Both the position numbers and the translations under genes were made by a program. Shown in pieces: positions 12,885 through 26,282 of a stretch of 64,000 nt of DNA. Position 1 is the stretch's first letter; every line of letters begins with the position of its first letter. Location of the stretch: positions 15,254,001 through 15,318,000 of the forward strand of contig CM052817.1 of assembly GCA_028534125.1 (NCBI GenBank), written 5' to 3'. The notes under the pieces are model-generated. The model had not been told where the DNA came from, made no database searches, and worked only from the letters and a program-made list of their open reading frames with translations. Origin of the DNA: Lama glama. Taxonomy: Eukaryota.

Positions 12885-13365
12885 TTAAAAAAATTTTTAT
12901 TTAAAAAGTTTTTAAATTAATTAATTAATTTTTAAATATATTTTTATTGAAGTACATTTAGTTTACAATGTTGTATCAATTTCTGGTGTATAGTACAATA
13001 CTTCAATCACATAGGAACATACATATATTTGTTCTCATATTCTACTTCACCATAGGTTACTACAAGATATTGAGTATAGTTTCCTGAGCTATACAGTATA
13101 AAGTTGTTGTTTATCTATTTTATATATATTAGTATCTGCAAATCTTGAACTCCCAATTTATCCCTTCCCATCCCTTTCCCCGACTGGTAACCATAATTTT
13201 GTTTTCTATGTCTGTGAGTCTGTTTCTGTTCTGTAAATTAGTTCATTTGTATTTTTTCTTTTTTCTTGTTTTTTAGATTTCACATATAAGTGATATCATG
13301 TGACATTTTTCTTTCTCTTTCGGGCTTACTTCATTTAGAATGACAGTCTCCAGGTTCATCCATGC
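12885..13365 (-). mobile_element. Camelid L1 3' end, 5'-truncated, with TSD
   Basis: TTTTATTGAAGTACATTTAGTTTACAATGTTGT...TTCATCCATGC; TSD ATAATTGTCTTT (12873-12884) / ATAATTATCTTT (13366-13377). Confidence 0.92.
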
Positions 13366-13431
13366 ATAATTATCTTTAAAATAAGCAGAAAAATTCCTAA
13401 AACATGTATTATTTTACTCTGTATTATTTTG

Positions 13432-14230
13432 GTTAATTCATTCATTGATTCAAACTCATTCTAGAAATATTTTCTGTATGTTACTATGCACTGGAAACTA
13501 TATTCAGTATACTGCCATCAAGACATTTATAAACCCAATCCTTAAGACACAAACTAAGGTTCAATCCCAGAATCATAATAAACCAACAATTATTATCTTG
13601 ATAAATGCTTCAAAAGTAGAAGTAAAATGTATCTACTGGGAGAGAATTGTGAATACTTCCAAAGTGGAAACTCAAAGATTAAAACTAGCCTTGGTTATCT
13701 GAGGAAACTTCTCAGGTGAAAGGACATCTGAACTGAGACTCAAAGAACGCATAAAAGATGAAAATGTGAAAGGGGAAGTATTTTGGGTAAATAAACAGAA
13801 CATTAGAACACCTGGAAATGAGAGAATGACTCATTAAATAAAATAAGTAAGTCTGGTATGGCCAGAGACGATGAGAATAATAAGAGATGCAATTGGCGAG
13901 GTAGGGTTAGTCATATTGATGAAAACCTTAAAAATTAAGTTATAGAGTCTGAACCATATCCCGGGAGAAATGGAGATCCGTTCAGGTTTTACAGCAGAAG
14001 TATAGTAATAATGGATTTCCATTTCTTAAAGATTACACTTTTTTATAGATGAGGAAAGAATTGGAGGGACAGGAGTGGAGGATGGGAGATAAGTTAGGAG
14101 GCTATTTCAGTGTTTCATGGGGAGAATGACAGACAAATTGATTTAGGCATTTGTGATGGAGACAGGAAAAAGTAGTCAATTTTGAGAGCTATATTAAAAG
14201 AAGAAAATATAGAATTTGATTTCTGATTAA
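13432..14230 (-). mobile_element. L2 LINE 3' region
   Basis: TTCATTCATT tail; GACATCTGAACTGAGAC; GTTAGGAGGCTATTTCAGTGTTTCATGGGGAGAATGA. Confidence 0.8.
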
Positions 14231-14259
14231 GATTATTCTTTACTTTTGTTGTGCTGTTA

Positions 14260-15930
14260 TTGTTTTAGTCTGACGTACATAAGAATTTCTTATTTATTAT
14301 GCTTAAGATTCACTGGGTTTCCTGAGTCTCAGTATATTAGTCAGGGTAATTAATACTAGCTGCTGTAACAAATAACTCTTGAAGTCATTGATTTAATATA
14401 CTACAAGTTTTATTTCTTGCTCATGCAAACTTCAGTGCAGATATTCCTGGGTAGTGGCTTTCCTGGGCTATTGTCCTGTATGGAAGAAACCTGAAATCCA
14501 GAGTTCTTCAAGTTTGACATGGGTTCATCAATTCATTATGTTTGATGGAGAGAGGGAAAGAAAAGAGGGAGAGAAAGGAAAACTGAGAATGAGGAATTGT
14601 CCACCTACTTGTAACCGTATTAAGTCAGAAAGTGACCATTTCATTTTTTCCACTTACATTCCTTTTCTAAGAACTAGTTGAATGGGCTCCCTTAATGCAG
14701 GGGGGCTTGAAAAACTAGTTTACTGTGCAAAGAGCACAGTGTCCCACATTGAGCATAGAATCTGAGCATTTCACAGCTATTGATCCCTTAAACATTGTCT
14801 CTGTCTCATTTTTTGAATTATCTCCTTCTTTATTTAGATCTATATAAGCCTCATTATCTTCCATGCTTTAAAACAATCATATTTGACACCTCTGCTTCTT
14901 TGGGCTGGATTTTAGGTATTATTTTTTTCAGGTTTCTTCTTGTTTATTAATTCTCTCTTCAGCTGTGATTAATCTTACACTTAATATTTTATTAAGATTT
15001 TTAATTTCAATGACTATATTTTTTATTTTGAGAATTTCCGTTTTTTTCAATTCTGTTTTGAATAGTCTAATTTTTTGGTATGTTTCAATTCTACTTTTTA
15101 TTTATTTAAAAATGTTTATTTAAATTTTATATCTTGGGATTTCATTACAGAAGTTCTTGGGAAGTCTACTTTTACTGTTGGTTGATTCTTCTGACCTTTA
15201 TTTTGTTGGCTTGTTTCCCTTTGTGTTATACATTTTTAATTATAAATTCTTGTTCAAGTGGCTGGGCTTTATCATTAGAAATTTTGTAGGCCTTTTACTA
15301 GGGCACATTTTTCCAAAGAATATCTATGTTTGCTTCTAGTTGGCACTGCATGGTTCTACTAACCTGAAATCATTTTGAATGCATTATTTTTTAGCATGTA
15401 CTTTGCCAGATCATATAGATAGTACAAATAATTCCAACTCCACTTGAGAAATAGCTTGATTTTTATAAATTCTCAGGAGAAACTTTTGTTTTCATTTATG
15501 TCTGGGCTAAGATATATATTTCCTTTATTTCTCCCTTTGCTTTGGGGCAGACTTTTTCTTTTCTTTTTTTTTTTTTTTTTTTTTTGTCCTTGATTCATAC
15601 TTTCACATGGTCTTTTGAGGGCTCTGGCTTCCAGTCCTAAATCCTCACCTTGCGTGAGCCCAGCATCATTGAAACACAAGTCTCTGGGTGACAGAAGATT
15701 CCATCATGTAGTCAGGGTGGGTATGGTTTCATCACCCCACTTATTTTCTTATTTTCAACTTCTTTTATGATCTTGTCCCTCTAGAGAAACCTCTTTTTAT
15801 TAGTAGGTCAGTGATGTATTTTCACAGATGATTGTTATATTACAATTCAGTACTCCTAGATGTTTCATAGAAGAAAACTTTTGGGGTATCTAGTTAACCA
15901 TGTTTTCAGGTATAAAAGATTCTTTGCAGT
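14260..15930 (-). mobile_element. Ancient L1ME/HAL1 ORF1-region fragment, interrupted by MLT1
   Basis: TTAATTCTCTCTTCAGCTGTG...TTTTAATTTCAATGACTATATTTTT is typical reverse ORF1 of L1ME/HAL1. Confidence 0.6.
14333..14765 (-). mobile_element. MaLR LTR (old MLT1, J/K/L-like)
   Basis: TATATTAGTCAGGG...CTAGCTGCTGTAACAAATAAC...AAGTTTTATTTCTTGCTCATGC. Confidence 0.8.
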
Positions 15931-17299
15931 TAATCAGATAATATAGAATATCCTCATGTGTATATGTGTACTCCCATAGCTTCTTTTATGTTGCTGGCTG
16001 CTAAGGCTATGCGTTTTTCTGTTTTTCTAAACCACAGACTAGTGTTCCCAATTTCAGCACAGTTACCTCAAACTCATTATATTTAAGGTAGTATGCCTCC
16101 TTTTCCTCTTTTTCCACTTTGATTCTCCCATATCCATTTTCTGCCTCTCACGTCGTATTCTCAGAGCTAGATCCACTAAAGCAAGCTCAGTTCTGCTATG
16201 TTCTTTAGAGTTATCCAGACTGAACAATATGCATTTGCAGAATCTAAGCCCCTTCATCCAATGAAAATCATAATTAAGCCATATTTTCCAGTCTTAGGAT
16301 CCACAGGTCATTGCTAATGAAAGAGCATTAAAGATACCCTACCCTGTGGGTTAACTCAAAACACTGAGTTACATTTTCTCTTGGTATTCTTTGGTATCAC
16401 TGGGTTTGGGTGTGGGGAGAGGGACCTCCTTTACCTCAACAAAGATCACTGGTACTGACAAAGGGAGTGATAACAACGTGGGAAGTCATAGCAATGTCAC
16501 ATTCTAGCAACAATGTCAAGGTCAAGTCACAAGGCAGAAAAGCAGCAGATTCTGAGTGTTTTGTAGGGATGAGATTGGCACAGAATTTGAATGACTGCCA
16601 AAGAAAGCACATGAGATACTTGGGACTCTGCCTGAAGAAAGAGGGAGTTAGAATGCTTATATAATTAGAAATTATGTTAAATGGAAACTCAGAGTCATAG
16701 ACAATATTCATGACCATCACAGATGTTCTCTTTCAGGAATTGTTAAGAGTTTTCTAAATATTACCAAAGTACCCTTCAAGAGGAAAATTGTAATGTAAAC
16801 AAACAGAATAATACAAATAAGTGATAGAAGAATATAGAGATCTGGATATGTAATCTATGGGTCCTTGAGGATAGAGAAGATTGATGTATTTTGGCCATTT
16901 CAAGGTATAAAATGAAGAATTAAATTACACCCATATGAAAAAAACTTGGTTTGGGATTTCTCACACTGAGACAGTTTGAAATGGTTATTTAAGGTAGGAT
17001 TTTCCTGAAACAACAGTATTAGAATAGACATCATTATTTCATAGTGGCCCCCCCAAAAATTAAAAATTAAAAAACCCAGTTGCTAAGCTTAAAAATGTTT
17101 CTCACTCAGGCAGTCTACTGCAAGTCTAGCACCTTCTTAGGGGCAGTCTTTCACAATTCAACTGTATTTGCAATTCTCCCAAGGATGATATATATGATCA
17201 TCATTCTAGATGCATAAGAGAGAAGGCAATTTACCTTCACAAATTAGGTCTTAATTGTCTCTTAGGACCTTCACTGTAGGGCAACCGTCCTCCATTTAC

Positions 17300-17560
17300 C
17301 AAGACAGCCATCCAGGCTGGAGAAGATTCCATCATCCCATACCTGAGTAGCATGATCTATTCAGTCAAAATGTTAGAGAAAAAGACAGCTGGAAAGGTAT
17401 TGACCAGCTCTTTCATGTTTCTGCCCAGAAATATCACATGTCATATCCAACCATAGCCACTGGCCAGATCTAGTCTCATGAATTCCTCCAACTGCATAAT
17501 GGCTGAAAATTAGAGTGAGAGAAGAACCAGATATTGGTGAACAGTAGTAATGTCTACCAA
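17300..17560 (-). mobile_element. MaLR LTR fragment (old MLT1)
   Basis: CTGCCCAGAAATATCACATGTCA...TGGCCAGATCTAGTCTCATG...GATATTGGTGAACAG. Confidence 0.65.
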
Positions 17561-17819
17561 AATAAATTATGGAGATAGTTATGAAGTCTGGCTTTGATTT
17601 GGGGAGGAAAAGCTATCAGATATTGGATGTTTTCAAAAGAATCAAGAGAAGGAAATTCTTTAAAGCAAGATAATTTCCCAACCAACAGAAAGAAGACAGT
17701 CTTAGAATTTCAGTTGTATAACAGAAATAAGTAATATGGCTACAAACTATTAACAATACTTTGTGAAACCAAATTTTTAGAATTCATATATAAAAATGTC
17801 AGTTTAAAAATATACTTCT

Positions 17820-17970
17820 TGGGGAGTTACTAATCAACAAGAGTAGTTTCAGTTAAGCAAGTAGAATTAGTTCTAGAGATCTGCTGTAAAACATTGTATC
17901 TGTACTCTTAAAATTTGTTGAAGATTGCTCTCATGTTAAGTGTTCTTACAATAAAAGAAAATAAAAAGGA
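17820..17970 (+). mobile_element. L1MA/L1MB 3' terminus
   Basis: GTTCTAGAGATCTGCTGTAAAACATTGT...CTCATGTTAAGTGTTCTTACAATAAAA. Confidence 0.8.
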
Positions 17971-18887
17971 AGATATATATCAAAATATTGTCAATGGATG
18001 TTCCTTCAATGATAAAATTATTTTCTTCTTCCTCTGTATTTTCTAAAGTTTTGACAATGTGCTTGCATTAGTACATATATAATGTATTCCTGTATGTACA
18101 CCACAATGAATATGCATTTCTAGAATATATATTCGTGACCTTTGCAAAGTAAATATTTGAAAAAATAAAAAATATAGTCTTGATTCAAGTATTGAAAGTG
18201 TACAGAAATCCTTAAAAATATTGTTTAAAAATTGGTTTATTTAAAAGCTTTAAAAATTACACTGATATTTACACATCATAAACATAAATACCATAAAATA
18301 TAAAGTAAAAATACCTTCATATTTGATCACATTATATGGCAACTCCATTTTTAAAATATGGAAAGTTTCGATTTGTATGAGTGTGTGATTTACCCACGAT
18401 CGTACAATGAACACATGACAAAGCCTAATGAAAATCTCAGTCAATTCTGACACAAAAATCTATGCTCTTTCTGTTATGCCATATTATGTGTATAAAGTAA
18501 AAGAAAATATGTAATTACATTTTGTAATTAAAAAAATGCCACTCAAATGAAAATGATGTACATAAATACACTTTAAAAACTTTTAGTACTGTATTAAAGA
18601 TAAATATAACTCACATATTCAATATTCTTTTGTAACTAAGAGGCCTAATGGGATATATAGGAGTCAGACAGAAAACATTCCCTGTTTGTTTTTTGAGTCA
18701 GCATTTTTAGAAGTAGAGACAAAAAAGAGAGAGACTGAAAGGGAGAGAGAGTGGTGGAGGGGGCAGGGAAGACTGGTATTTATAAAATGTAGAGTGTAAA
18801 AAGAGTTTTGTTTTTTTTTTTGAGAATTGTGAGCATATTAGCTTGGTTTCAGTAGTTTTCTTATGAGAGCCCTGAAAAGAAAAAAAA

Positions 18888-19387
18888 NNNNNNNNNNNNN
18901 NNNNNNNNNNNNNNNNNNNNNNNNNNNNNNNNNNNNNNNNNNNNNNNNNNNNNNNNNNNNNNNNNNNNNNNNNNNNNNNNNNNNNNNNNNNNNNNNNNNN
19001 NNNNNNNNNNNNNNNNNNNNNNNNNNNNNNNNNNNNNNNNNNNNNNNNNNNNNNNNNNNNNNNNNNNNNNNNNNNNNNNNNNNNNNNNNNNNNNNNNNNN
19101 NNNNNNNNNNNNNNNNNNNNNNNNNNNNNNNNNNNNNNNNNNNNNNNNNNNNNNNNNNNNNNNNNNNNNNNNNNNNNNNNNNNNNNNNNNNNNNNNNNNN
19201 NNNNNNNNNNNNNNNNNNNNNNNNNNNNNNNNNNNNNNNNNNNNNNNNNNNNNNNNNNNNNNNNNNNNNNNNNNNNNNNNNNNNNNNNNNNNNNNNNNNN
19301 NNNNNNNNNNNNNNNNNNNNNNNNNNNNNNNNNNNNNNNNNNNNNNNNNNNNNNNNNNNNNNNNNNNNNNNNNNNNNNNNNNNNNNN
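18888..19387. other. Assembly gap (500 N)
   Basis: Run of N flanked by A-rich and T-rich tracts. Confidence 1.
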
Positions 19388-21192
19388 TTGTTTTTGGTTT
19401 TAACTTTACAGTTCCAGGGACTCTTACTCTATGCTTTCTTAGTCTCCTCATTCCTAATGTACCCATCATGGTCTTGGAAGAATGAGAAAACTGAGTCTGA
19501 AGAGAATAGGGAAATAGCGATACTTCCAACCGAAGAACTCAACAGTCAGACCCAGTGAGCGTGATCCCAGTCCAGCCTGTTGGCATACAAAGAAAAACAG
19601 CCATTCGTGAGAACTTGGACCTATTAATTCATATCGTCAGCTTCAGTTTATGCATCTCTAAATCTATTAACCATGTTTTTAATTCTAAAATGCTTTGACT
19701 CTGAAAATGTTTCAATTCTCTTCCTCATCATTGCTTTTTCTTTTTTTAACTTTGCCTTTTCTGGTCAATTTCCATAAATTTGTTGCCTTTTAATTACAGC
19801 AGTGGAGCTCAGTGGGAACACAACATCACTCAGTAAGTCTCCCATTCATCATAATGTCCCATTACTGAGAAGGTCAGATCACCTAATGTCTTCACTCCCT
19901 TGGGTAGCTTGGGGTTACCCCTAGGTAGTCAGGTGGAGTAGCAGGTTGGCCATTTAATCTCCCCCCATTCTCAATTTCACTCCCTTTCTTGTGAACACAA
20001 AAGAACTTTAAGCGATCTGTCTGCGGCATTGAAATGCCAACCTTAGTTGGTACTTTGAAAACTCAAAGCCTTTTACAAGATGAATAGCAAACTGTGGATG
20101 ACAGCTCCTGTGGAGCCATTATTGAATTGCAGCCCTGATGACTGCATTACTTTGGATTTAGATAAAAGACTCCATACAAGACAAATGGTAGGAGGACATC
20201 AAACAAGACTGTGTCCATACAGTGACAGAAGCAATCCAATTGAAGAAGTTGTTGATTTCCCCAAGGCTCCATACTATTTCTTCCTGAGCAATTTATATTA
20301 AAGGAGTAAAGATTGTATATTCATCCTCTATTTATATTTTTCTCTAAAAAATATGAACGTCCAGTTGTCAAATTGAAGTCTTAACTTCTGCTCTTGCCTG
20401 GAAGAGAGTTATCAATATGGGAACAGGTTAATTATTTTGTATTGTGTTTTATTTAACCACAATAGCAGTGTGTGTAAAGGTTATAGACTGAGAGTTACAA
20501 TCTATAATGATCAGATAAAAAGATTAATCAGCAAATCGATAGTTCCCTGTACCAACAGGATGCTCAGGATATTCAAGGCAACAATGAGTACAAAGGGTGC
20601 TGATAAACATCGGGCACCTTTATTCAGATGAAAACTAATTCTAGAGAACTTCCACTAGCTCATTAATTATGTACTATCTTCAGAAGGCTGAATTGGGTGA
20701 GGTATCATTAGGGGCTTTTGGAATGTGTTGAAAATGCTTCTGGCTCTATGAAAACTGTGTAAAATAAGAGCTTATTTTTCTGTTGGTTTGGCAGATGTTC
20801 ACACAAACCCAGTTCCTCAAAATGGAAAAGGTTCCATGCAAAGAAATTGCACATATTTTTTTTTTTGTATCTTAAGTCTTGGGAACAAGAATGTCCTAGG
20901 CTTTATCTTCAGAAATACCACTGACATTGTTTAAAGCAGGGATTTAAATGTTGATCTGCTTAATAGGGAAGTAGCACCCTTCATATAAGTTTTATCCTAA
21001 AATAGCTTGTTGATCTGTTTAAATTTAATTTTATGCTTTTGTGATATCACTGCTTTCCTGAACTTTTACACTAATGGTTTCTTTTGCTTTTCCTCTTCAT
21101 TTGGCGTAATCTACCTTTGCCTACCTCTCCGTTACATAAAAGCGAACTCATTGAAAAGTAAGTCGATGTGGATTTGCTGAATTGCAAACTTT

Positions 21193-21291
21193 TGTTTCTG
21201 TTTTTTAGTTTTTGTTTCTTGTTTTTTTTTAATTGAAGTACAGTCAGTTTACAAGTTGTGTTAATTTCTGGTGTACAGCATAGTGATTCCG

Positions 21292-21329
<38 letters not shown>

Positions 21330-21383
21330 TTTTCATATTCTTTTTCATTATAGGCTATTACAATATATTGAATCTCCCCTGTG
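21193..21383 (-). mobile_element. Very short L1 3' end with an internal (TA)n expansion and TSD
   Basis: AATTGAAGTACAGTCAGTTTACAA...; TSD TGAATTGCAAACTTT (21178-21192) / TGAATTGCAAAATTT (21384-21398); (TA)n at ~21294-21327. Confidence 0.88.
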
Positions 21384-23016
21384 TGAATTGCAAAATTTGA
21401 ATAGAACCTTTGGTGCAGAATGGAGAGAGTTTAAATTAAGATCTCTCCTGGAAGTTACATGTAACTTCATCTATGTGCATAACCATGTCTTTTGAATGAG
21501 ACTCCCATCTTAGTATCATTGACTTTGAGTATTTTCCAAAATCAGACTTGCTCTCTTCTGGACAATTTTTCAGTTGTTCAGAAATTCATCAAGATGAAAG
21601 TAGGATGTCTTTTTTTTTTTTTTTTGGAATAGAGTCATATAAAAGAACCAGTTTCAATAACTTCAAAACTCTTAAAAATTGCTTCAATGGTGTCTAATAG
21701 GTGATTGCTACTTGACACCAATAATTAATTTAAGAGGGGAAATAAAATGAAAGAAAAAGAACTGAAGAATTGACATAATTGAGCTCAGTAGAAACAGTTT
21801 GGTTCTCTTAAAGCCATCCTCAGGTATTACTTTGCATAATTGCTTTCAGACTTTTTTTCATTCCAATTTCCCATGTTAGAATGGGCATGTGTTAATTTAC
21901 TTCTTCTGGGTCAGATTACACCATTAGATGTGCTCTGACAACTCCCTCATACCAAATCTACTTTGATACACAGCCTATGTTATTTTCCTTAAATACCAAA
22001 TTCCAGAACTCTGTGTGTATTTATATGTTAGTCTCTGGGAACATGTAAACAAACCTAGCTACTGCTTACTGTCAAAAAGAAATTGTGTTCCCATTCCTGC
22101 TACCTTTTGGATGTGTTTTTGGCAACAGGCTCCGTTCACTGAGCTCACCTGGGCGGTGGCTCTTGGCGCTACAACTGAACCACTGAAGAAGAGTTCTGAT
22201 TAGTTTTCAGTAGAACCGATCAGCAGCCATGCGGCTGAATGGCTGAGACATGGAGTCCTGGTAACCTTATACCACCTCGGGGCAGATAACAGTTGCGATC
22301 GTAGTTTAATGAAACACTTTGACTTCAAATGTCTACTTAGCTGAAGACTCACTTCTTCTCTCTCCCTTCTCTCCCTTACTGCTTTCCTGCTGTATCCCTC
22401 TCTCTTTTCTTCCTCTTTTTTTCCTTCCTTCTCTCAACACCACAGTGACGTTCTCTACTCTACAAAGCAATTTCACACTCTGACACTGCCTTGGTTCAGC
22501 TGCTTGTTGTCTCTTGCCTGGATTGCTACCAAAGGCTCATAACAGCTCTTGTTCCTCCCCTGACTGCCTCCCGCCACCCCTGCAATTGCTACACCCCAGT
22601 ACTCCATCCTCCACCATACAGCCGGGGTGCTCTTTCTAAAACACAAATCTGCTGACAGCATCCTTCTGCTAAAAATACTGCCGTGGCTCCCACACGTCAT
22701 GTAGGATAATGATCAAATTCCTTCACAAGGCAAGGCATCTGGGTCCTCTCCTAGTCTGGCCCCCACTGACCTCCCTGGCCTCATTGCCCATGTTCTCTGC
22801 GGACAGGATGCAGGCACACCCAGCCTTCTCACACCTCCCTGCTTCCGCCCTTGCTGCCCAATGTCCATCTTCCTTCTCTCACATCTTACCCTTCCCCTGA
22901 TCTATTTTTGATCTGGCTGATTTTCACCTCTTCTTCAAGGCTTAAAGTATTATTTACCATTGAAATTTTCCAAGACTAACTTTCCAGGACTGCTCGCCTT
23001 AACACCTCACTACACA

Positions 23017-23019
<3 letters not shown>

Positions 23020-23047
<28 letters not shown>
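23020..23047. repeat. (CA)n microsatellite
   Basis: AC run. Confidence 0.95.
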
Positions 23048-23050
<3 letters not shown>

Positions 23051-23138
23051 GATTCAGACTGTGACTTTATTCCTGCCATGACATTAACTATTAATGCACT
23101 AGAACTATTGATTCACTTAAATATCACTTTTTCTAGAG

Positions 23139-23605
23139 CCAGGATTCTTAACCCTTTTACACCATGACCACCTTTGGCAATTTGATGAAGCCTCTTGACC
23201 CATCCTCGGAACCATGTTGTTAAACACATAAAACAAAAATAAATATGATAAAAAATTATCATGATATAAAGTTACCAAAATGTTAACAAAATATATTGTG
23301 GTATACTATATCTATTAGCTATATTTAATACAAATCTTAAAATATTCGTTAAGACAGCTTAGCAGCAAATCCACTAATGATTATTACAATTTGGAAGTAG
23401 CAGTGAGTAAAAACAACATTTCAGGATATCTTCTGCCACCCCAAAATTATATCTATAATTTTTACTTGTGACAAAATGCTACAGTGGTTTGTTGTTTACC
23501 ACAAGTCCACTAATTTTTAAAAATGCTAAATTTTAGTAAAGGTGAGCAAACTAAACATATAACTATTATTTCAAACCAAGTTCATGGAGAACCTGAATTC
23601 CAGAG
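23139..23605 (+). mobile_element. MER119-like hAT-Charlie element
   Basis: CAGGATTCTTAACCCTTT...CCTTTGGCAATTTGATGAAGCC...AATGCTAAATTTTAGT...CCAAGTTCATGG. Confidence 0.7.
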
Positions 23606-25221
23606 TCTTTCTTTCAGTTTTAGACTATAAATTCTTTGAGGGTTTCATTTTACTATACCCAGGCCTTGTATAGTACTGGAACATGATAAGAACTTAAAAT
23701 GTTTGTTGGCCAAATGAATGAAATAAGAAGTTATTTCATTTTTCATCTAACTAAAACTTTTCAGCCCCTCCCGTCCTTAATTAGACTTTATTATTCTGGT
23801 CACATATTCAGAAACTAAAGCACAGAAAGGTTAAGAACGTTTTGAGAGTTCACAGGGCTCTAAAACATCTATTTCACCATCAAGTTGCCTCTCCGAATGT
23901 TGTGTTCAACCTATCGGATAATCAAGAGAAAGAGCAAGTACGGAAAAGTTAAGCTATCAGTTTTCACGAAGAAAAGGGATTTCAGACCTTTGGTAACTCT
24001 TGGCTTCCGGTATATTAACGTTGCATCGATTTGGCCAATGGACTATGTGGTATTCATCTGGACTTTATGAGAAAGGCTGAGAGCTTGGAGAAGATGATCC
24101 TGTCATCCAGGAGAATTTGTCTCACCAAGAGAACTGCTTACTTGGGCTCAGAGACAATCCAAGAAGAGCAGGAATAAGGATGGGAACGCCCCTTCCTCCG
24201 CGGCTCCCTCAGAGAGCAGCGGTGGTAGAGAACTAGCTTTTTGTTTCATTAGCTCCCACTGAGCGGATGAATAAAAGAAAATGATGAAAACTAAGACAAT
24301 CCTTTTCACGTTTCAGGACGTGAGCAAAGGAAGATTTGGAGCGCTCGATTCTGCCCTGTGGATTGAAAGGCTCAGACCGCATGTGCCACAACGGCGTTCC
24401 TTTCGGAAAGTTAGCTGTTACTGTGTCTCTCTGTTGTTCTGTTTCTCTCCTGTCCTTAGGCTGCTTTAGTCTTTTCCAGTGTCTAGTCTACAAAGAAACC
24501 ACTCAGTAGCAATGCCCGGCCAGACTTCATAAGGAAAAGAGATAGAGATGCCCTCTCCCCGCTCCAACATACACACAAGGGAAAGGAAGGAGGGAGGCAA
24601 TGTCAGCCCTGGGACGGATGAGCTGTGTTGATCTAGCTGTACAGAGTCTCGTTATATGCTCCCAACCCTTGTTTCCCTGCCAGTGAGAAATCAGACCAAA
24701 CAAGGAACAACTTACGTTGTCAGGCTCTGGGAACTTACTATAAGAACAGTTTAAGCTCTTGACATCCAAAATGTCTCTGGTTTAGGTATTTCCTGATCTT
24801 TTATTTTATGCCTGTATGTTTGATGTGTCAAAATAAGTATCTCGGGAATCACACAATGCTTCACACAACGCTCTAGCAATAAGATCTGTTGTATAATACT
24901 ATTTGTATAAGGCAGTGAGAACCCGCATAACTAAGATACTTCAGAACAACATTAATTTAACCACGAGGCCTTAAGAGAACCCTTTTTAGCATCTTTTCAT
25001 GCTATCACAATTTTTTAAAAATATATTATATTTTTTCTACTTTACTACTCAAAGAACAGGGCCCACAGTTTAAAATAAAAAGTCAAAGCTTCTTATTGTA
25101 ATTCATGGGCATCATTATTGCTCAGAAATCATGATCTTATAGACCAAGACTTAGATAAAGTTATGATGCTAGAAAATACTGTGAAAATAGTTTTCTTCTC
25201 CCAGAGAAGGAGTCCTGTTGA

Positions 25222-25610
25222 AGTTAAGAAAGCACATGAAGTCAGGTAGCTCTGAGTGTGAATTAGAGGCATGAGATTCCATGTGTCCTGTAACACATCG
25301 CTGAGCTTTTCTTTTTTTTTTTTTGGAGGGGGAGGTAATTAGGTTTAATTATTTATTAATTTAAATGGAGTTACTGGAGTTTGAATCCAGGACCTCATGC
25401 ATGCTAAGCCTGCACTTTAGTATTGAGCTATACCCTCCCCCTGCTTAACTTCTTTTATTTACTTTTCTGTTTCAAAAATTGTAGTAGTACAAGTTTATAA
25501 CCTCTTTAATATGGTTATCTTGAGAATTAAATGGGGTAATGTATGCACGATGCTTAACACAGGGTCTGACACACAGTAAGAATCTAATAAATATAGAGTA
25601 GTTGGTATTA
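25222..25610 (+). mobile_element. MIR SINE split by a younger SINE
   Basis: GAGAATTAAATGGGGTAATGTATGCACGATGCTTAACACAGGGTCTGACACACAGTAAG is the MIR 3' part; the 5' part lies before 25310. Confidence 0.7.
25312..25441 (-). mobile_element. Camelid tRNA-derived SINE (Vic-1-like)
   Basis: Minus strand GGGGGAGGGTATAGCTCAA (A box)...GTCCTGGATTCAAACTCC (B box)...TAAACCTAATTACCTCCCCC plus poly(A). Confidence 0.88.
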
Positions 25611-26064
25611 CCCCAGTCCTGCTGTAAACTTGTTTCATTGTGATCTGTCTTCAAATGGTGTGCCCAATGAGGATTGTTTAATATTAGGTACAACTAACAT
25701 TTGTCTACACTTTATTGTTTACAAATTATATTTAAGTACATCATTACCTTTAAGTCTCATAAATTCCAAGAGGTGGATACCATTATCTTTCTTATTTTAC
25801 CGATTGGGTGGCTGGATCTTGGTTGTAACTTCCTAAAAGTCCAAACTAATAATGCACAGTAGGGTAAGAACTCAAATGTCTTTAGGATTCCACTCCATTG
25901 GTTCTCATTAACTGAAGTTTTAGCTTAGATGCAACTGAGTCTCTGATAAGCAGAATCACTTTTCTTTTCTCATTACTTATAATCACTTGTATGGTCTATT
26001 AAAGGCGATAGTTTTAGTGTACAGAACAGCAATCTGGCAAGATTATTGACGTAGGTTTCTCTCC

Positions 26065-26198
26065 CCCTTCCCCTCTAGATCCTAGAAATTTGGATTCTAG
26101 AGACCTGAGGTGGGATAGAAAATTTGCACGCCTAACAAGCTCTCAGGGGATGGCGAGCCTACACTAATGGTTCAGGGAATACACTGCAGCAGCCCTGC
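26065..26198. mobile_element. MER5-type hAT fragment
   Basis: CCTGAGGTGGGATAGAAAATTTGCACGCCTAACAAGCTCTCAGGGGATG resembles the MER5A/B core. Confidence 0.6.
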
Positions 26199-26282
26199 CT
26201 CAGATGGTCACACCATCAGCGGAAACTTCGAGATACGTTGTCACAATCCAGAAATCCATTTGCAGAAGAAACTTCACAGCCA

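Larger units (their letters stand above)
22470..23725 (+). mobile_element. L2 3' region, interrupted by a hAT element and a (CA)n tract
   Basis: CTCTTGCCTGGATTGCTACC, CAGCCGGGGTGCTCTTTCTAAAACACAAATCTG; tail TGTTTGTTGGCCAAATGAATGAA at ~23700. Confidence 0.75.

Noticed and set aside
18861..19558. The longest ORFs in the track (222 and 231 aa)
   Set aside because: Artefacts of reading through the 500-N gap
22129..22260. CpG-containing exon-like segment
   Set aside because: All frames are closed and the donor is weak
25380..25441. tRNA-like A/B boxes (also 28585-28649)
   Set aside because: These are SINE heads with A-tails, not tRNA genes
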